From a virus: a DNA stretch of 64,000 nt. The stretch lies in the IMG/VR virus record IMGVR_UViG_3300042287_000907, one strand, 5' to 3'. Numbering within the stretch: position 1 is the stretch's first letter; every line of letters starts with the position of its first letter. Under the pieces are notes generated by a model, which saw nothing but the letters and a program-made list of their open reading frames with translations, did not search any database and had not been told where the DNA came from. The translations under genes and the position numbers were made by a program. This document shows, piece by piece, positions 28,666 to 38,814 of the stretch.

Positions 28666-30717
28666 ATGCAAAAACTAATCAAAAAAATCCTAACTAGTCC
28701 GTGGACTGCACTGCTGACATTAGCACTTATTATAAGTATAAGAATCGCTGATCCTGTCTTTGTAGAAAGTGTAAGACTACGCTACTTCGATACCTTAATC
28801 ACTGCCAAAGCACCGACAGCCAATAACATCTACGCAGTAAACATAGATGAAGCAGCCTTAGACAAATATGGTCAATGGCCTTTACCGAGGGCAGAGTATG
28901 CAAAAATTATTAAAGATCTCTATAATCGTGGTGCTGGCCTTGTTGTGCTCAATGTTATCATGGCTGAGCCTGACCGCACTGGTGGTGATGCTGTTTTCGC
29001 AACGGCTCTAAAACAATATCCAGTAGTGCTAGGATCAGTGCCTAGCCAACGAACAAAAAATACGCCACGCAATCCAGGTTCAGCAGTGCTAGGCCCAGAG
29101 TGGCAGGACCAAATCGTCCAATATCCGGGACTGATTGCTAACATACCCCAATTAGAAAATGCGGCAGCAGGCATTGGAATAGTTGGCACACTACCAGAAG
29201 TTGACGGCGTGAATCGTAGACTGCCGTTGATTGTGTCTGTAGACGGTAAACTGTATCCTAGTATCGCTATGGAAACACTTCGTGTTGCTGCTGGCGACTC
29301 TACGTTCCAGGTTAAGCTCAACGAAGGTGGCGTTGAGAAAATGCGCATACCTAAGTTTGGTCCTATTACTACAGACAACCTAGGTCGTGTATGGATCGAT
29401 TGGAGTCAAGAAAACCAACAGGTGAGTCTAATGAACTTACCTAAAACTTTTAATGGTGCTATAGTTATTGTAGGCCCAACAGCCGCTGGTATTAGTAATC
29501 CATTGCCTACGGCCAAAGGCGCAGTATTTCCACAAGATGCACAAGCTGCCGCAATTGGCACCATGATAAATGGTGTGGTAATACAGCGTCCCGACTATGC
29601 TGATGGTTTAGAAATCATTGCGATTCTAGCAGTGGGAATACTATTGTTATTTTTAACGAGGTGGGTATATGCGGGACTTGCGAGTGTTATCATTATATGT
29701 GTTGGTGTGGTCTTTGGTAGTCACTACGCTTTCTCTAATTTTCTATTCTTATTTGACGCTACTGCCATTCTTGTTGGCACAATCTTGGTCGCTCTGCATG
29801 CCTACGGTGTCAAGTTTGTAAGTGAGTTTCTACAGAAACAGGCCATAAAGAAACAGTTTGCCGGATATGCCAGTCCAACAGTTGTACGTATGCTTGCTGA
29901 GAATCCTGCACTCATCAAGGATGGAATGAAGCGTGAAGTTTCAATATGTTTTAGTGATCTACGTGGGTTTACACCATTAGGTGAAAGTTTCGGTGACGAC
30001 GTTAAAGGACTAACACGTATCATGAACGGGTATATGGATGCTATTACACAACCTGTGTTAGATGCTGATGGTATGATCATCAAGTATATCGGTGATGCCA
30101 GTATGCACATACACAATGCTCCTATTGAAGATCCTAACCATCCAAAAACAGCAGTTCGTACAGGACTTAACATGTTGAAGGCAGTAAAACAATTTAATGA
30201 TAAGATTGTTGCAGAAGGCCGTCCTGCTATTGCTATGGGTGCAGGTATCAACACGGGCCTAGGCTACATTGGAGAGATGGGATCTACTGCAAGGCACAGC
30301 TATGATATCCTAGGTGATGCTGTCAGTACTGCGGCACGTATTGAAAGCAAATGCAAAGAATATGGGTGTGTGCTATTAGTCGGTGGGGCCACAGTAGACC
30401 AGTGTGGTGATGATTTCTTCTTTCTAAAAATAGACGATCTAGCAGTCAAGGGCAAGACAGTAGGTATCGCTATCTATACAGTCTTAGACGACGTCACTCC
30501 TGACTACCATGTGTCTAAGAAAATACACAATGCCATGCATGGTGCATATAGATCACAGAATTTCAGTACCGCAATCAGCATGTGCAAACAGCTGAGAGAT
30601 CAGTTCGACGGCAGATTAAGTGGTTATTATGATATGTGGATCGAACGTTGCGAGTTCCAATCGACACAGAAATTGCCTGAAGATTGGGATGGAATTTTCC
30701 ACGCTTCGACAAAATAG
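28666..30717 (+). CDS. CHASE2-domain class III adenylate/guanylate cyclase
   Basis: IDE.AL..YGQWPLPR, DGV.RR (CHASE2); FSDLRGFT, KYIGDA, GINTG, YDILGDAV..AAR.E. Confidence 0.92.
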   Translation: MQKLIKKILTSPWTALLTLALIISIRIADPVFVESVRLRYFDTLITAKAPTANNIYAVNIDEAALDKYGQWPLPRAEYAKIIKDLYNRGAGLVVLNVIMAEPDRTGGDAVFATALKQYPVVLGSVPSQRTKNTPRNPGSAVLGPEWQDQIVQYPGLIANIPQLENAAAGIGIVGTLPEVDGVNRRLPLIVSVDGKLYPSIAMETLRVAAGDSTFQVKLNEGGVEKMRIPKFGPITTDNLGRVWIDWSQENQQVSLMNLPKTFNGAIVIVGPTAAGISNPLPTAKGAVFPQDAQAAAIGTMINGVVIQRPDYADGLEIIAILAVGILLLFLTRWVYAGLASVIIICVGVVFGSHYAFSNFLFLFDATAILVGTILVALHAYGVKFVSEFLQKQAIKKQFAGYASPTVVRMLAENPALIKDGMKREVSICFSDLRGFTPLGESFGDDVKGLTRIMNGYMDAITQPVLDADGMIIKYIGDASMHIHNAPIEDPNHPKTAVRTGLNMLKAVKQFNDKIVAEGRPAIAMGAGINTGLGYIGEMGSTARHSYDILGDAVSTAARIESKCKEYGCVLLVGGATVDQCGDDFFFLKIDDLAVKGKTVGIAIYTVLDDVTPDYHVSKKIHNAMHGAYRSQNFSTAISMCKQLRDQFDGRLSGYYDMWIERCEFQSTQKLPEDWDGIFHASTK

Positions 30718-30721
30718 ATTG

Positions 30722-31051
30722 TTACTTCTTTGATTGTTCAGTGCCGACCAATGCATCTTTGAACTTGGCGTTGGCTTCTTCTTCAGTTTTCTGTTGTTCT
30801 ATCACACGCTCTGATTCGATGATCTTACCACGCAGATGTAGAACTGTATTGACCTTTTGATTCAGTCTGATTAAATCGTTGTCCAACATGCGGATTCGAT
30901 CAATCAATGCTATCAATACAGTGTTGGCCTCACTAAGCACAGGCTTGACTTCTTTGGTGGCCCAAGTCCACACATAGAAAATCATGTAGCCCATACCGCC
31001 TGCTGCAACGATAGGAAACCCGTATTTGTTAATCAGCTCTACCACGTCCAT
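30722..31051 (-). CDS. Small membrane protein (GFPI motif, YvrJ/holin-like)
   Basis: YGFPIVAA TM helix then coiled coil; similar to 31568-31849. Confidence 0.6.
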   Translation of the reverse strand: MDVVELINKYGFPIVAAGGMGYMIFYVWTWATKEVKPVLSEANTVLIALIDRIRMLDNDLIRLNQKVNTVLHLRGKIIESERVIEQQKTEEEANAKFKDALVGTEQSKK

Positions 31052-31196
31052 TTGTCATCTCCTTTTCGTTCCAAACTTCACCCCAGGGGTTCCATATTTT
31101 CTTTGGTGCGGTTTTAGGCACATGATAGTACCAAACTGCCACAGAGATTAATACTAGGCATTCTAACAAATAGAATACCATAAATGCTTCAAACAT
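31029..31196 (-). CDS. Small hypothetical membrane protein (55 aa)
   Basis: Read by hand: MFEAFMVFYLLECLVLISVAVWYYH... Confidence 0.5.
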   Translation of the reverse strand: MFEAFMVFYLLECLVLISVAVWYYHVPKTAPKKIWNPWGEVWNEKEMTNGRGRAD

Positions 31197-31387
31197 CATC
31201 CCACCAACGGCCTAAACACAGTAATTACAGGTTGATAGGCCCATTCAAAGCCGACCAATATCCCAACGATGAACCCGATTACAGCACCCCAAAGCGATGA
31301 TTTAAATAAATCTCTTCCATGGTATATAGGCTGTGACTCGAGGTAGGTCTTGGTATGTTCAGGAAGATTATTATACCAGTTGCTCAT
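31196..31387 (-). CDS. Small hypothetical membrane protein
   Basis: One TM helix; coupled in a minus-strand operon. Confidence 0.55.
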   Translation of the reverse strand: MSNWYNNLPEHTKTYLESQPIYHGRDLFKSSLWGAVIGFIVGILVGFEWAYQPVITVFRPLVG

Positions 31388-31571
31388 TGCGCTCTCCGTC
31401 TTTGATAAATTTTACTAAAGGATCTACTTTTTTGAGATAGCAGCGACCGTTAACATTTACCAATTGGAAGTAATCGCCGCCTTTCCATCCTAGTTTATCT
31501 ACGTTAAGTTCTTCATCCAAGATTATCCCATTTGGACTTAAATCCCACGAATAGTCAAAATGTAACATCAA
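31371..31571 (-). CDS. Hypothetical protein
   Basis: LGWK.GD motif, AbrB-like. Confidence 0.55.
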   Translation of the reverse strand: MMLHFDYSWDLSPNGIILDEELNVDKLGWKGGDYFQLVNVNGRCYLKKVDPLVKFIKDGERNEQLV

Positions 31572-31849
31572 TCTCTCCTTGCATCGTTCTTGCCATCTGC
31601 ACGAGCTATGCGCTCTACATCTGGACGAAGACCCAAAGCATTAGACACCACTGCATCTATGCGTATGACATCGTGATTCATGGTTTTTACACGGTTGTCT
31701 AAGGCTGTGATTATGCCGCTCAGACCTTTTACTGAACTCATAACAGAGCCCAACACCAATTTGAGAGTTAGAAATACAAAGTATCCACCTGCCAGCGCCG
31801 CAGCAATTGGAAATCCTAGTTCCGCTACTAGTTTGAAAAATTCGCCCAT
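31568..31849 (-). CDS. Small membrane protein (GFPI motif)
   Basis: LGFPIAAA TM helix; LDNRV..MN.D. Confidence 0.6.
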   Translation of the reverse strand: MGEFFKLVAELGFPIAAALAGGYFVFLTLKLVLGSVMSSVKGLSGIITALDNRVKTMNHDVIRIDAVVSNALGLRPDVERIARADGKNDARRD

Positions 31850-31884
31850 CGATTCGCTCCCGGGTTATACTAGTATTTAACTGA

Positions 31885-31913
31885 TTGACAACATCGTTAA
31901 CTGATGCTATAAT
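31885..31913 (+). promoter_or_regulatory. Sigma70-type promoter
   Basis: TTGACA-17-TATAAT, perfect consensus. Confidence 0.9.
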
Positions 31914-31942
31914 ATACACATAGAAAGTGAGTATAACCTGCC

Positions 31943-32746
31943 ATGAAAATCCAAATCGTATCCGATCTACATCTAGAGTTCTCGGACATACTGATCAAAA
32001 ACACCAATAACGCCGATGTATTGATTCTCGGTGGTGACATTATGATCGCTGAGAAAGTTCTCAAGCCTGAAAGTGAATTGGGTGTCCGTTTCAGAGATTT
32101 CTTGAAACGTTGCAGTTTTCAATTTCCGCATGTGATCTATATCGCTGGCAATCATGAGTTCTATGGCGGCTATTGGTCTAAAAGTCTAGAACAACTGCGC
32201 ATGGCTTGTGGTGTTCACGATAACATCTACTTCCTTGAGCGTGATACTAAAATCATCGATGATGTGGTGTTTGTAGGTGGCACACTTTGGACAGATATGA
32301 ATAGACATGATCCATTGACTCTGCACGGTGTTCGTGACATGATGAATGATTTCAGATCTATCACTGATGACACCTTGGGCTATATCAAACTCAAGCCTGC
32401 TACCACTGCAGAACGTCATAGACAGACTCGACAGTATATCGAGTTAATTGTCAAAGAACACGCAGACAAGCGGGTAGTGGTAGTGGGGCATCACACTCCT
32501 AGTTTTCAGAGCTGTCACGAGATGTACAAATCAGACTATATCATGAACGGTGCGTATCACAGTGACCTTTCAGAGATTATGTTGGATCATCCGCAGATCA
32601 AACTGTGGACACATGGTCATACACATCATTGTTTTGATTATGTCATAGGTGAGACTCGAGTGGTGTGTAATCCACGTGGTTACCATCAAGCCAGTGGATG
32701 GAGTGAAGATACTGGATGGGATCCAGAGAAAGTAGTTGAAGTATGA
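31943..32746 (+). CDS. Calcineurin-like metallophosphoesterase
   Basis: SDLH, GGD, GNHE, HH.P, HGHTH. Confidence 0.9.
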   Translation: MKIQIVSDLHLEFSDILIKNTNNADVLILGGDIMIAEKVLKPESELGVRFRDFLKRCSFQFPHVIYIAGNHEFYGGYWSKSLEQLRMACGVHDNIYFLERDTKIIDDVVFVGGTLWTDMNRHDPLTLHGVRDMMNDFRSITDDTLGYIKLKPATTAERHRQTRQYIELIVKEHADKRVVVVGHHTPSFQSCHEMYKSDYIMNGAYHSDLSEIMLDHPQIKLWTHGHTHHCFDYVIGETRVVCNPRGYHQASGWSEDTGWDPEKVVEV

Positions 32747-33213
32747 AAAAAATCTATTACGAAAAAGTTGGGCGTAGGTATGTGCCTGTGAGTGAGTATG
32801 ACAACGACTTTCTGGACAGCTTTACCAAAGGCAATCATCTCGTGATGAGCTATCCGGGAGGAACCAGCCGTAGGTACAACATCGATCCTGCGCTGGCTCC
32901 TATGATCGCTGCTGGCCGGTATGCTGAAGATGCTATGTGCAAGGCGCTGAATCGAGCCAGCGAAATGCGGCCTGCGAAGACCCCAATCACCCCAGGACAG
33001 CAACGAGCATGGAAAAAGTTGGCCAAAGAGTTTGGTGATGAATTGTGTACTCTCCACGGTGCCAGCATACACGATATCGCAGAAGCTGGGGTCAAGGCCA
33101 TGCAAGTGGAGGCAGACAAGCTTCTGCAACACGAAGGTGTACGTAAGGCCTATGATCATTTCCAATTGATGTGCAAATTAACCAAAGACAATCAACCTCG
33201 CATTGACAATTAA
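32743..33213 (+). CDS. Hypothetical protein
   Basis: ORF coupled to its neighbour. Confidence 0.65.
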   Translation: MKKIYYEKVGRRYVPVSEYDNDFLDSFTKGNHLVMSYPGGTSRRYNIDPALAPMIAAGRYAEDAMCKALNRASEMRPAKTPITPGQQRAWKKLAKEFGDELCTLHGASIHDIAEAGVKAMQVEADKLLQHEGVRKAYDHFQLMCKLTKDNQPRIDN

Positions 33214-33231
33214 ACAGAAATATGCTATACT
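33203..33231 (+). promoter_or_regulatory. Sigma70-type promoter
   Basis: TTGACA-17-TATACT. Confidence 0.8.
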
Positions 33232-33258
33232 ATAGTATCTTAATGAAAGGATTTAACC

Positions 33259-33819
33259 GTGATTACTCTTAAAGAATGGATGGAATTGGTAGACTATCGT
33301 ATCACCGAGGGCAGTGAATACTGTTGGCAGTGCTATGGTCCCGATGCTTACTCTCTAGATAGTTGGAATGGTGATCAAAATGGATATAGTTTTTGTATCA
33401 TTTTTGATAATAAAACACAGGTAGTCTATGAAGTTCAGGCTCACGACTATGTGCATAATCGTGCCTATCGACTTATCAATCCTGACTTCCAAAGTAACCA
33501 TTCCGATGAAAGTGAAGAGCGTGGCATCAGTGTCAATAATGCCTGGGATGATGTTAATTACATCGATCTAGATGTAGATGACGATTTCTTCCAAAAAGCT
33601 CTGGCTATTCGTGAAGGTGAAGACTACGATACTCGTGTACAGATTCAGGTAGATTTCGACGATGCAGAACTGTTAGAGTATATGAAGATCGCACACGATC
33701 GTGACATCACTTTTAACGAATTGGTTGAGATCGCTCTACAAGAAGCCATCGACCAACATCGCATGTTAAATGATATTGATTTTTCTGTAAAGAAGAAAAA
33801 GAAAAAGAAAGGCCGGTAA
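33259..33819 (+). CDS. Hypothetical protein
   Basis: AAAGGA SD; C-terminal AH.RDITFN..V resembles a ribbon-helix-helix; poly-Lys tail. Confidence 0.65.
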   Translation: MITLKEWMELVDYRITEGSEYCWQCYGPDAYSLDSWNGDQNGYSFCIIFDNKTQVVYEVQAHDYVHNRAYRLINPDFQSNHSDESEERGISVNNAWDDVNYIDLDVDDDFFQKALAIREGEDYDTRVQIQVDFDDAELLEYMKIAHDRDITFNELVEIALQEAIDQHRMLNDIDFSVKKKKKKKGR

Positions 33820-34145
33820 TGGGCGAAACTCAAAAGTTTTTAGAAGATCTAAAAACTGGTATCAGACATATAGTGATCAATGACTGCTATGGCGGGTTTG
33901 GTCTCAGTGATCGTGCTCGTGAAGAATATAAAAAACTTGCAGGCATCACAGATTCTGGATGGTATGATCGAGATGTTGCTCGTGATGATCCCTATCTGGT
34001 CAAGGTAGTCAAGGAACTAGGCTCTGCTGCCAGCGGCGGCCATGCCAAACTCAAGATAGTAGAAATACCCGGCGATGTGTCGTGGCACATTGGTGAGTAC
34101 GACGGTGTAGAATGGGTGGCTGAAGATCATCGTACTTGGAAATGA
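33819..34145 (+). CDS. Conserved hypothetical phage protein
   Basis: VIN.CYGGFGLS, RDDP.LV.VV.ELG, I.EYDG.E.V.E.H. Confidence 0.7.
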   Translation: MGETQKFLEDLKTGIRHIVINDCYGGFGLSDRAREEYKKLAGITDSGWYDRDVARDDPYLVKVVKELGSAASGGHAKLKIVEIPGDVSWHIGEYDGVEWVAEDHRTWK

Positions 34146-36430
34146 CATTAGTAGCAGTAAACGGTGGATGGGTAAAAATGCGCAAAACATCAGTGCACCA
34201 TTGGCGGTTTGAAGATGGCAAGACCTGTCCTAATCCTGATAGTCAGTGGAAAATGGATCCGCCCCCTCGCGGTTGGTACTGTTGGGTATATCCTAGCGAC
34301 CATCAAGAATTTCAAGAGTGGATGAGTAAAATGTGCCCTACAACAGATATCACGCATCGGTTTAACAGTGGTGATCCTATGTGGACTGTCTACATCAGCG
34401 ACGATACTGAAGCAACATTATTTCAATTAAAGTGGTTATAATGAGCAAACCTGTAGTTATGAGTTCTGACCAGTGGAATGCGGTACTCGATCGTATCAAG
34501 CAACGAGAAAAGCCCAGCGTTTATCTTTCACGAACAAAGATGAAAGAAGTCCTGGGCTTCACTGTACGTGATCACAGAGAGTATGTCAAAGACCCAGATT
34601 ATGTAAAATTACCATCAACAGGTGAATGGCACGATCTGGAACTTGGTTGGTATGAAGGCAAAAAGAATGTACATACCGTTCGATTGGATTTCTACGATGA
34701 TCAAAAACGCACAATGTTTCTATTAAAATATGGTAACGGACAAACTTAAAATTAGTTCGCTTAATGAGATACTAGCCACCCGTGTTAGAACAGTTTACCC
34801 GTATCGTGTAAACTTTAATAATATCACACGTAATCAAATTGAAGAAATGTCCTCTTGGTGTATTAACAACTGCAAAGAACTCTGGCGTGAAGAACATGTT
34901 CATGCACTATATTTTCAATTCACAGACGATCACGATGCCATGATGTTTATGTTAAAGTTTGGCGGAAGGGGTAACGTATGATACCAGATTGGCAAACAAA
35001 TGTGCTGAATAAACTTCAAGGCATCAAACCCAGTCAGCTGATATTGACCATGGCAGGCCGAGGGACTGGCAAGAGCGTGATGAATAGCCAAGCATTTCAG
35101 AGACTTTGGGATGACTTGCATGCTCGTCCAGTAGAAGATCTCAAACTCACAGAGGGCACAGTCTACGGCTGCCAATACTACTGTGTAGAACCAGTGGGCG
35201 GAGTTTGGCATGAAATGGAAGCGTGGTGCATAAAAACTTTTGATTCCACACAGGGATCTATCTGGGGAGAAAATCCTACGCTCGCACCTGCACAGCGTTG
35301 GTATATGAACAATCGCAAGTTTTGGTTCCGCGATGATGCAGATCGTTTGATGTTTGTGATGAGGTGGCGATGACTCTAGAAGAAGAAATGCTGAATAAGG
35401 CAGGTATAGAAATGGCTCGCGAAATTGACCGCGAGGTGCTTTGGGGCATGCTCAAGGATATAGGTTGGCGCAGAGTCATGTTGGATAGATTTACAGACAA
35501 CAACCATGCTGTGGATATTACACATTGGTTAGAATCAAATTGTAAAAATCCCTTTGAACGCAGCGGTGCAGATTTTATCTTTGAATCTACAGTAGATGCT
35601 GTGAATTTTACACTAAGATGGAAGTGATAATTAAAAATCTGTCCCCTAATGATGCTATAGATATTGTTAGAGACGTTCGAGAACAGGGCTTAGTGCAGGG
35701 GAAAGATTTTGATTTTGCATTTTATCAAACTCGTTGGGATTCAATGGTTGGAGAAATACCCAAATATACAAAATTTATTTTCCATCAAGATAAATGGGCG
35801 GTTTGGTTTAGTTTAAAATATGGCGATACATAAATTCAAAGGATACCAGTTTGACCCTGCTCAGGGTTACCTAGGGCCTGCACCCGAAGGAGATACATAT
35901 AGGTATATGATAGTCAACGATCGAGTAGAGGAAATACGAGAAGTCGTTGTCCATTCGTTTACAATGGGCGACGTAGAAGATCCAGACCTGTATGCTGCAG
36001 AACCACTTTGGAAATGGCAACAAAGTGAAGAAGGTGCGTGGGTCATGTCTCACGCAGTGGAAACTCCTAGCTGGAATAGAATCCCAGATCAACTGCAATA
36101 CGGATATCGGTACGAGATTCGAGCTAAACTGTCAGGTGCTAGACTCACAGAATATCTGTTAAGGCACGGAAAATGATAGATCCGAATCCCACAGTGACAA
36201 TTTTGCGGGCTCAGAAAGCAGAAGAGCATCTCAAGGTTGATGAAAGATTGATGCAGTTATTAGATACGTATCACGCCATTGTGCTCAAAGATGATGACTT
36301 TTCAGAAAAACTCACATGGTGTTTGGAAAACTGTCAAAGCAAGTTTCGTGACCTCAGTGATCCAAATGGCCGTGCTTGGTATTTCCAAAATGAACAAGAT
36401 GCCATGCTGTTTGCGATGAGGTGGTCGTGA
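34136..36430 (+). other. Tandem array of 8 small coupled ORFs sharing a C-terminal F..D..A..F.L[KR]W-like motif
   Basis: ORFs 34136-34441, 34432-34749, 34730-34981, 34978-35373, 35364-35627, 35618-35833, 35820-36176, 36173-36430. Confidence 0.7.
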
Positions 36431-36436
36431 TAATAC

Positions 36437-36465
36437 TTGACATTTGACCTAGACGATGTTATAAT
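36437..36465 (+). promoter_or_regulatory. Sigma70-type promoter
   Basis: TTGACA-17-TATAAT. Confidence 0.85.
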
Positions 36466-36489
36466 ATTATATCATTTAGAAAGTATTAT

Positions 36490-36732
36490 ATGAACGAACA
36501 ATTAATTGGTAATTTATTTGCAGAAGCACAACGTCAAATGACCGGTAGTTCAAGCAAAGAGTTTAGCGAAAAGTTTGCCGAGTTGATTGTTCGGGAATGT
36601 ATTGACAAGATTGAAACACATCGTATTCCTGTTAGTAATAGTGCCGCAGGTGAGATGGCTTGCGAATGGACCTATGCCGCGTTGAAAGAGATTAGGGACG
36701 AGATTAAAGAACATTTCGGAGTTAAAGAATGA
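36490..36732 (+). CDS. Hypothetical phage protein
   Basis: EKFAELIVREC...IKEHFGV pattern. Confidence 0.65.
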   Translation: MNEQLIGNLFAEAQRQMTGSSSKEFSEKFAELIVRECIDKIETHRIPVSNSAAGEMACEWTYAALKEIRDEIKEHFGVKE

Positions 36733-37133
36733 AAATAGGATTTAGTTTTGGTCGATGTATTCGTGATATTGTTAACGGTGAAGTCGGCATCGATGATGTG
36801 GCATTTTTAATCACTGCCACCAACATTAAAGATGTCAGTCACTTAGACCATGTGATAGATGTGTATATGGGAGAGCCCGGATATCTTCTAGGACTAGATC
36901 ACCACAGTTGCAAAGAAGTCGCACATCTGCTTTGGAATTCTAATAGAGTGTTGCAACCAAGAGCACAGGGCATGCACAGACATGCACAGCCAGAAAATTC
37001 AGTTTGGGTAGATATGTTTCCCACAGAATGCAGTAAAAATCCTTCGGTCAAAACAGCCTGGGATCATTACAGATTTATGCTACATATAACTGAGAACGTT
37101 GATAATGAAGCAGTAGAGATTTTTAAACAATAG
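36729..37133 (+). CDS. Hypothetical protein
   Basis: MKIG.S..RCIRDIV.G.V..DDV. Confidence 0.65.
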   Translation: MKIGFSFGRCIRDIVNGEVGIDDVAFLITATNIKDVSHLDHVIDVYMGEPGYLLGLDHHSCKEVAHLLWNSNRVLQPRAQGMHRHAQPENSVWVDMFPTECSKNPSVKTAWDHYRFMLHITENVDNEAVEIFKQ

Positions 37134-37141
37134 GAGATGCC

Positions 37142-37327
37142 ATGGTCAAAGAGGGATCAAGATGGGAAGGTAACGAAGGACAAAAATTTCATGTACTACA
37201 TGTAATTGAAATCGACGGGCATACATGGGTTCATTATATCAAAGAAAATGCACCCGAAGATTCTAATCGTGAATATAGCTGTTACATAGAAAGCTTCTTA
37301 CAACGATTCAGGTCACTGCCAGAATGA
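37142..37327 (+). CDS. Hypothetical protein
   Basis: AGGAG SD. Confidence 0.6.
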   Translation: MVKEGSRWEGNEGQKFHVLHVIEIDGHTWVHYIKENAPEDSNREYSCYIESFLQRFRSLPE

Positions 37328-37593
37328 TTAGTTTTAGTTTTAATATTCGAGTACCCGGATCAAACAGGTTCAACAATATCAAATGTTGGCATGGATCTAC
37401 GCCATTCAAGCACAAATTTTGGGAACTGCAGATCTATCAATCCGCTGATATCGTAGATCTGTTTGTGAGAATAACCCACAATCAAAGTCACGCTGGTCTA
37501 CATATGGGTATTGGAATGGTGGGATATAATCTAGAATTCCAGGTCTATGATATAAGACATTGGAACCCTGAAACCCGCAGATGGCAAACTTGA
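37324..37593 (+). CDS. Hypothetical protein
   Basis: ORF coupled to its neighbour. Confidence 0.55.
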   Translation: MISFSFNIRVPGSNRFNNIKCWHGSTPFKHKFWELQIYQSADIVDLFVRITHNQSHAGLHMGIGMVGYNLEFQVYDIRHWNPETRRWQT

Positions 37594-37649
37594 GATAATA
37601 TACGCACTTAATTATGTTATAATACAACTAGGATAAGTAAAGTATACGC

Positions 37650-38225
37650 ATGGAGCAAAAAGTGAAAAAATCGGAATATTTCAATGCTGAGGATCAGATT
37701 GATCTCAAACTGCTAGAATCTAGCACATTTTTCCTTAACGGTGAAATCAACGAAGAATCTGTAGGAGAATGTGTGCGGTGGTTTCTCTATGAGAATCTTG
37801 ATGTAGCCAAGGAAAAAACACTGACACTTTATATTAATTCCACAGGCGGTGATCTTTATCAGGCATTTGCACTCATAGATGTCATGCAGGCCAGTCCTCA
37901 TAAAGTACGATGTGTAGGCATCGGTGCAGTGATGAGTGCGGCATTCTTGATCTTTGCTTCAGGCACACACGGTGAACGATACGCTGCCAAAAACACCAGT
38001 TTCATGTGCCACCAATTTTCCGAAAGTATGGACAATAAATATCACGATCTCAAAGCCACTATGCGAGAAAATGACAGCTGTAATGAACGTATGGTCTCAG
38101 TTTTGAAAGCAGCCACTGGATTGGCACCCTCGGTGATCAAGAAACGCCTGCTGCCAGCATCAGACGTTTATCTAACCGCAGAAGAAACTGTGGAAATTGG
38201 CGTAGCAGATCATCTACTGGGATAA
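37650..38225 (+). CDS. clpP: ClpP-like protease subunit
   Basis: LYINS.GG, MSAA (Ser), FMCHQ (His), D.YLTAEE....G..D. Confidence 0.88.
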   Translation: MEQKVKKSEYFNAEDQIDLKLLESSTFFLNGEINEESVGECVRWFLYENLDVAKEKTLTLYINSTGGDLYQAFALIDVMQASPHKVRCVGIGAVMSAAFLIFASGTHGERYAAKNTSFMCHQFSESMDNKYHDLKATMRENDSCNERMVSVLKAATGLAPSVIKKRLLPASDVYLTAEETVEIGVADHLLG

Positions 38226-38228
38226 TCA

Positions 38229-38477
38229 ATGAACAATGTCTATACCTTTGATCCCAAGGCCAAGGAAGATGAAGAGCGCAAGCAATCACTTTTAGAAGTC
38301 ATAGATGCTGTGCGAGATCAGATAGAGCGAGGCGAGATTCGAGAACTAGTGGCCTGCAGTTTAGACAAGGATGGCGAGGCACAGATACATGTCAGTGCCT
38401 TGGATCTACCAGGCAGTGTCGGACTGTTTGAAATTGGCAAGCATCTGCTGATCTCACAGACCAATGATGTGTTGTAA
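38229..38477 (+). CDS. Hypothetical protein
   Basis: ORF following clpP. Confidence 0.6.
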   Translation: MNNVYTFDPKAKEDEERKQSLLEVIDAVRDQIERGEIRELVACSLDKDGEAQIHVSALDLPGSVGLFEIGKHLLISQTNDVL

Positions 38478-38506
38478 AAAAGCCACATAAACTGCAATGA
38501 TCTAGG

Positions 38507-38535
38507 TTGACACATAAATAAAAAGACCGTATACT
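38507..38535 (+). promoter_or_regulatory. tRNA-array promoter P1
   Basis: TTGACA-17-TATACT with TAAATA in the spacer. Confidence 0.85.
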
Positions 38536-38590
38536 AGCAGTTGTGTTTAGCAAAGAGTCAAAACTTTTTTGCCAGAAGTGCAAATAGAGG

Positions 38591-38619
38591 TTGACACAGA
38601 GACTAAATAAATGTATAAT
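38591..38619 (+). promoter_or_regulatory. tRNA-array promoter P2
   Basis: TTGACA-17-TATAAT with TAAATA in the spacer. Confidence 0.9.
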
Positions 38620-38670
38620 TAACACATGCACTAAAAATAGTGTGTGACTTTCAAGGAAATGAAGAAGACA

Positions 38671-38814
38671 ATGAAACACGTATCATTACATATATCTTGT
38701 AAATCCGTAGCCCAGGTGGGAGGCTTTATGCCCTCATATTGGCTCGCGATTGATAGTATATCTAATGATCGTACACCAGAGCTATTACCGGGGTCCGTGG
38801 AGATGTTAGTGTAA
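38671..38814 (+). CDS. Putative attenuator leader peptide (47 aa, all 20 amino acids)
   Basis: MKHVSLHISCKSVAQVGGFMPSYWLAIDSISNDRTPELLPGSVEMLV*; AAGGA upstream; alternative in-frame ATG at 38659. Confidence 0.75.
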   Translation: MKHVSLHISCKSVAQVGGFMPSYWLAIDSISNDRTPELLPGSVEMLV

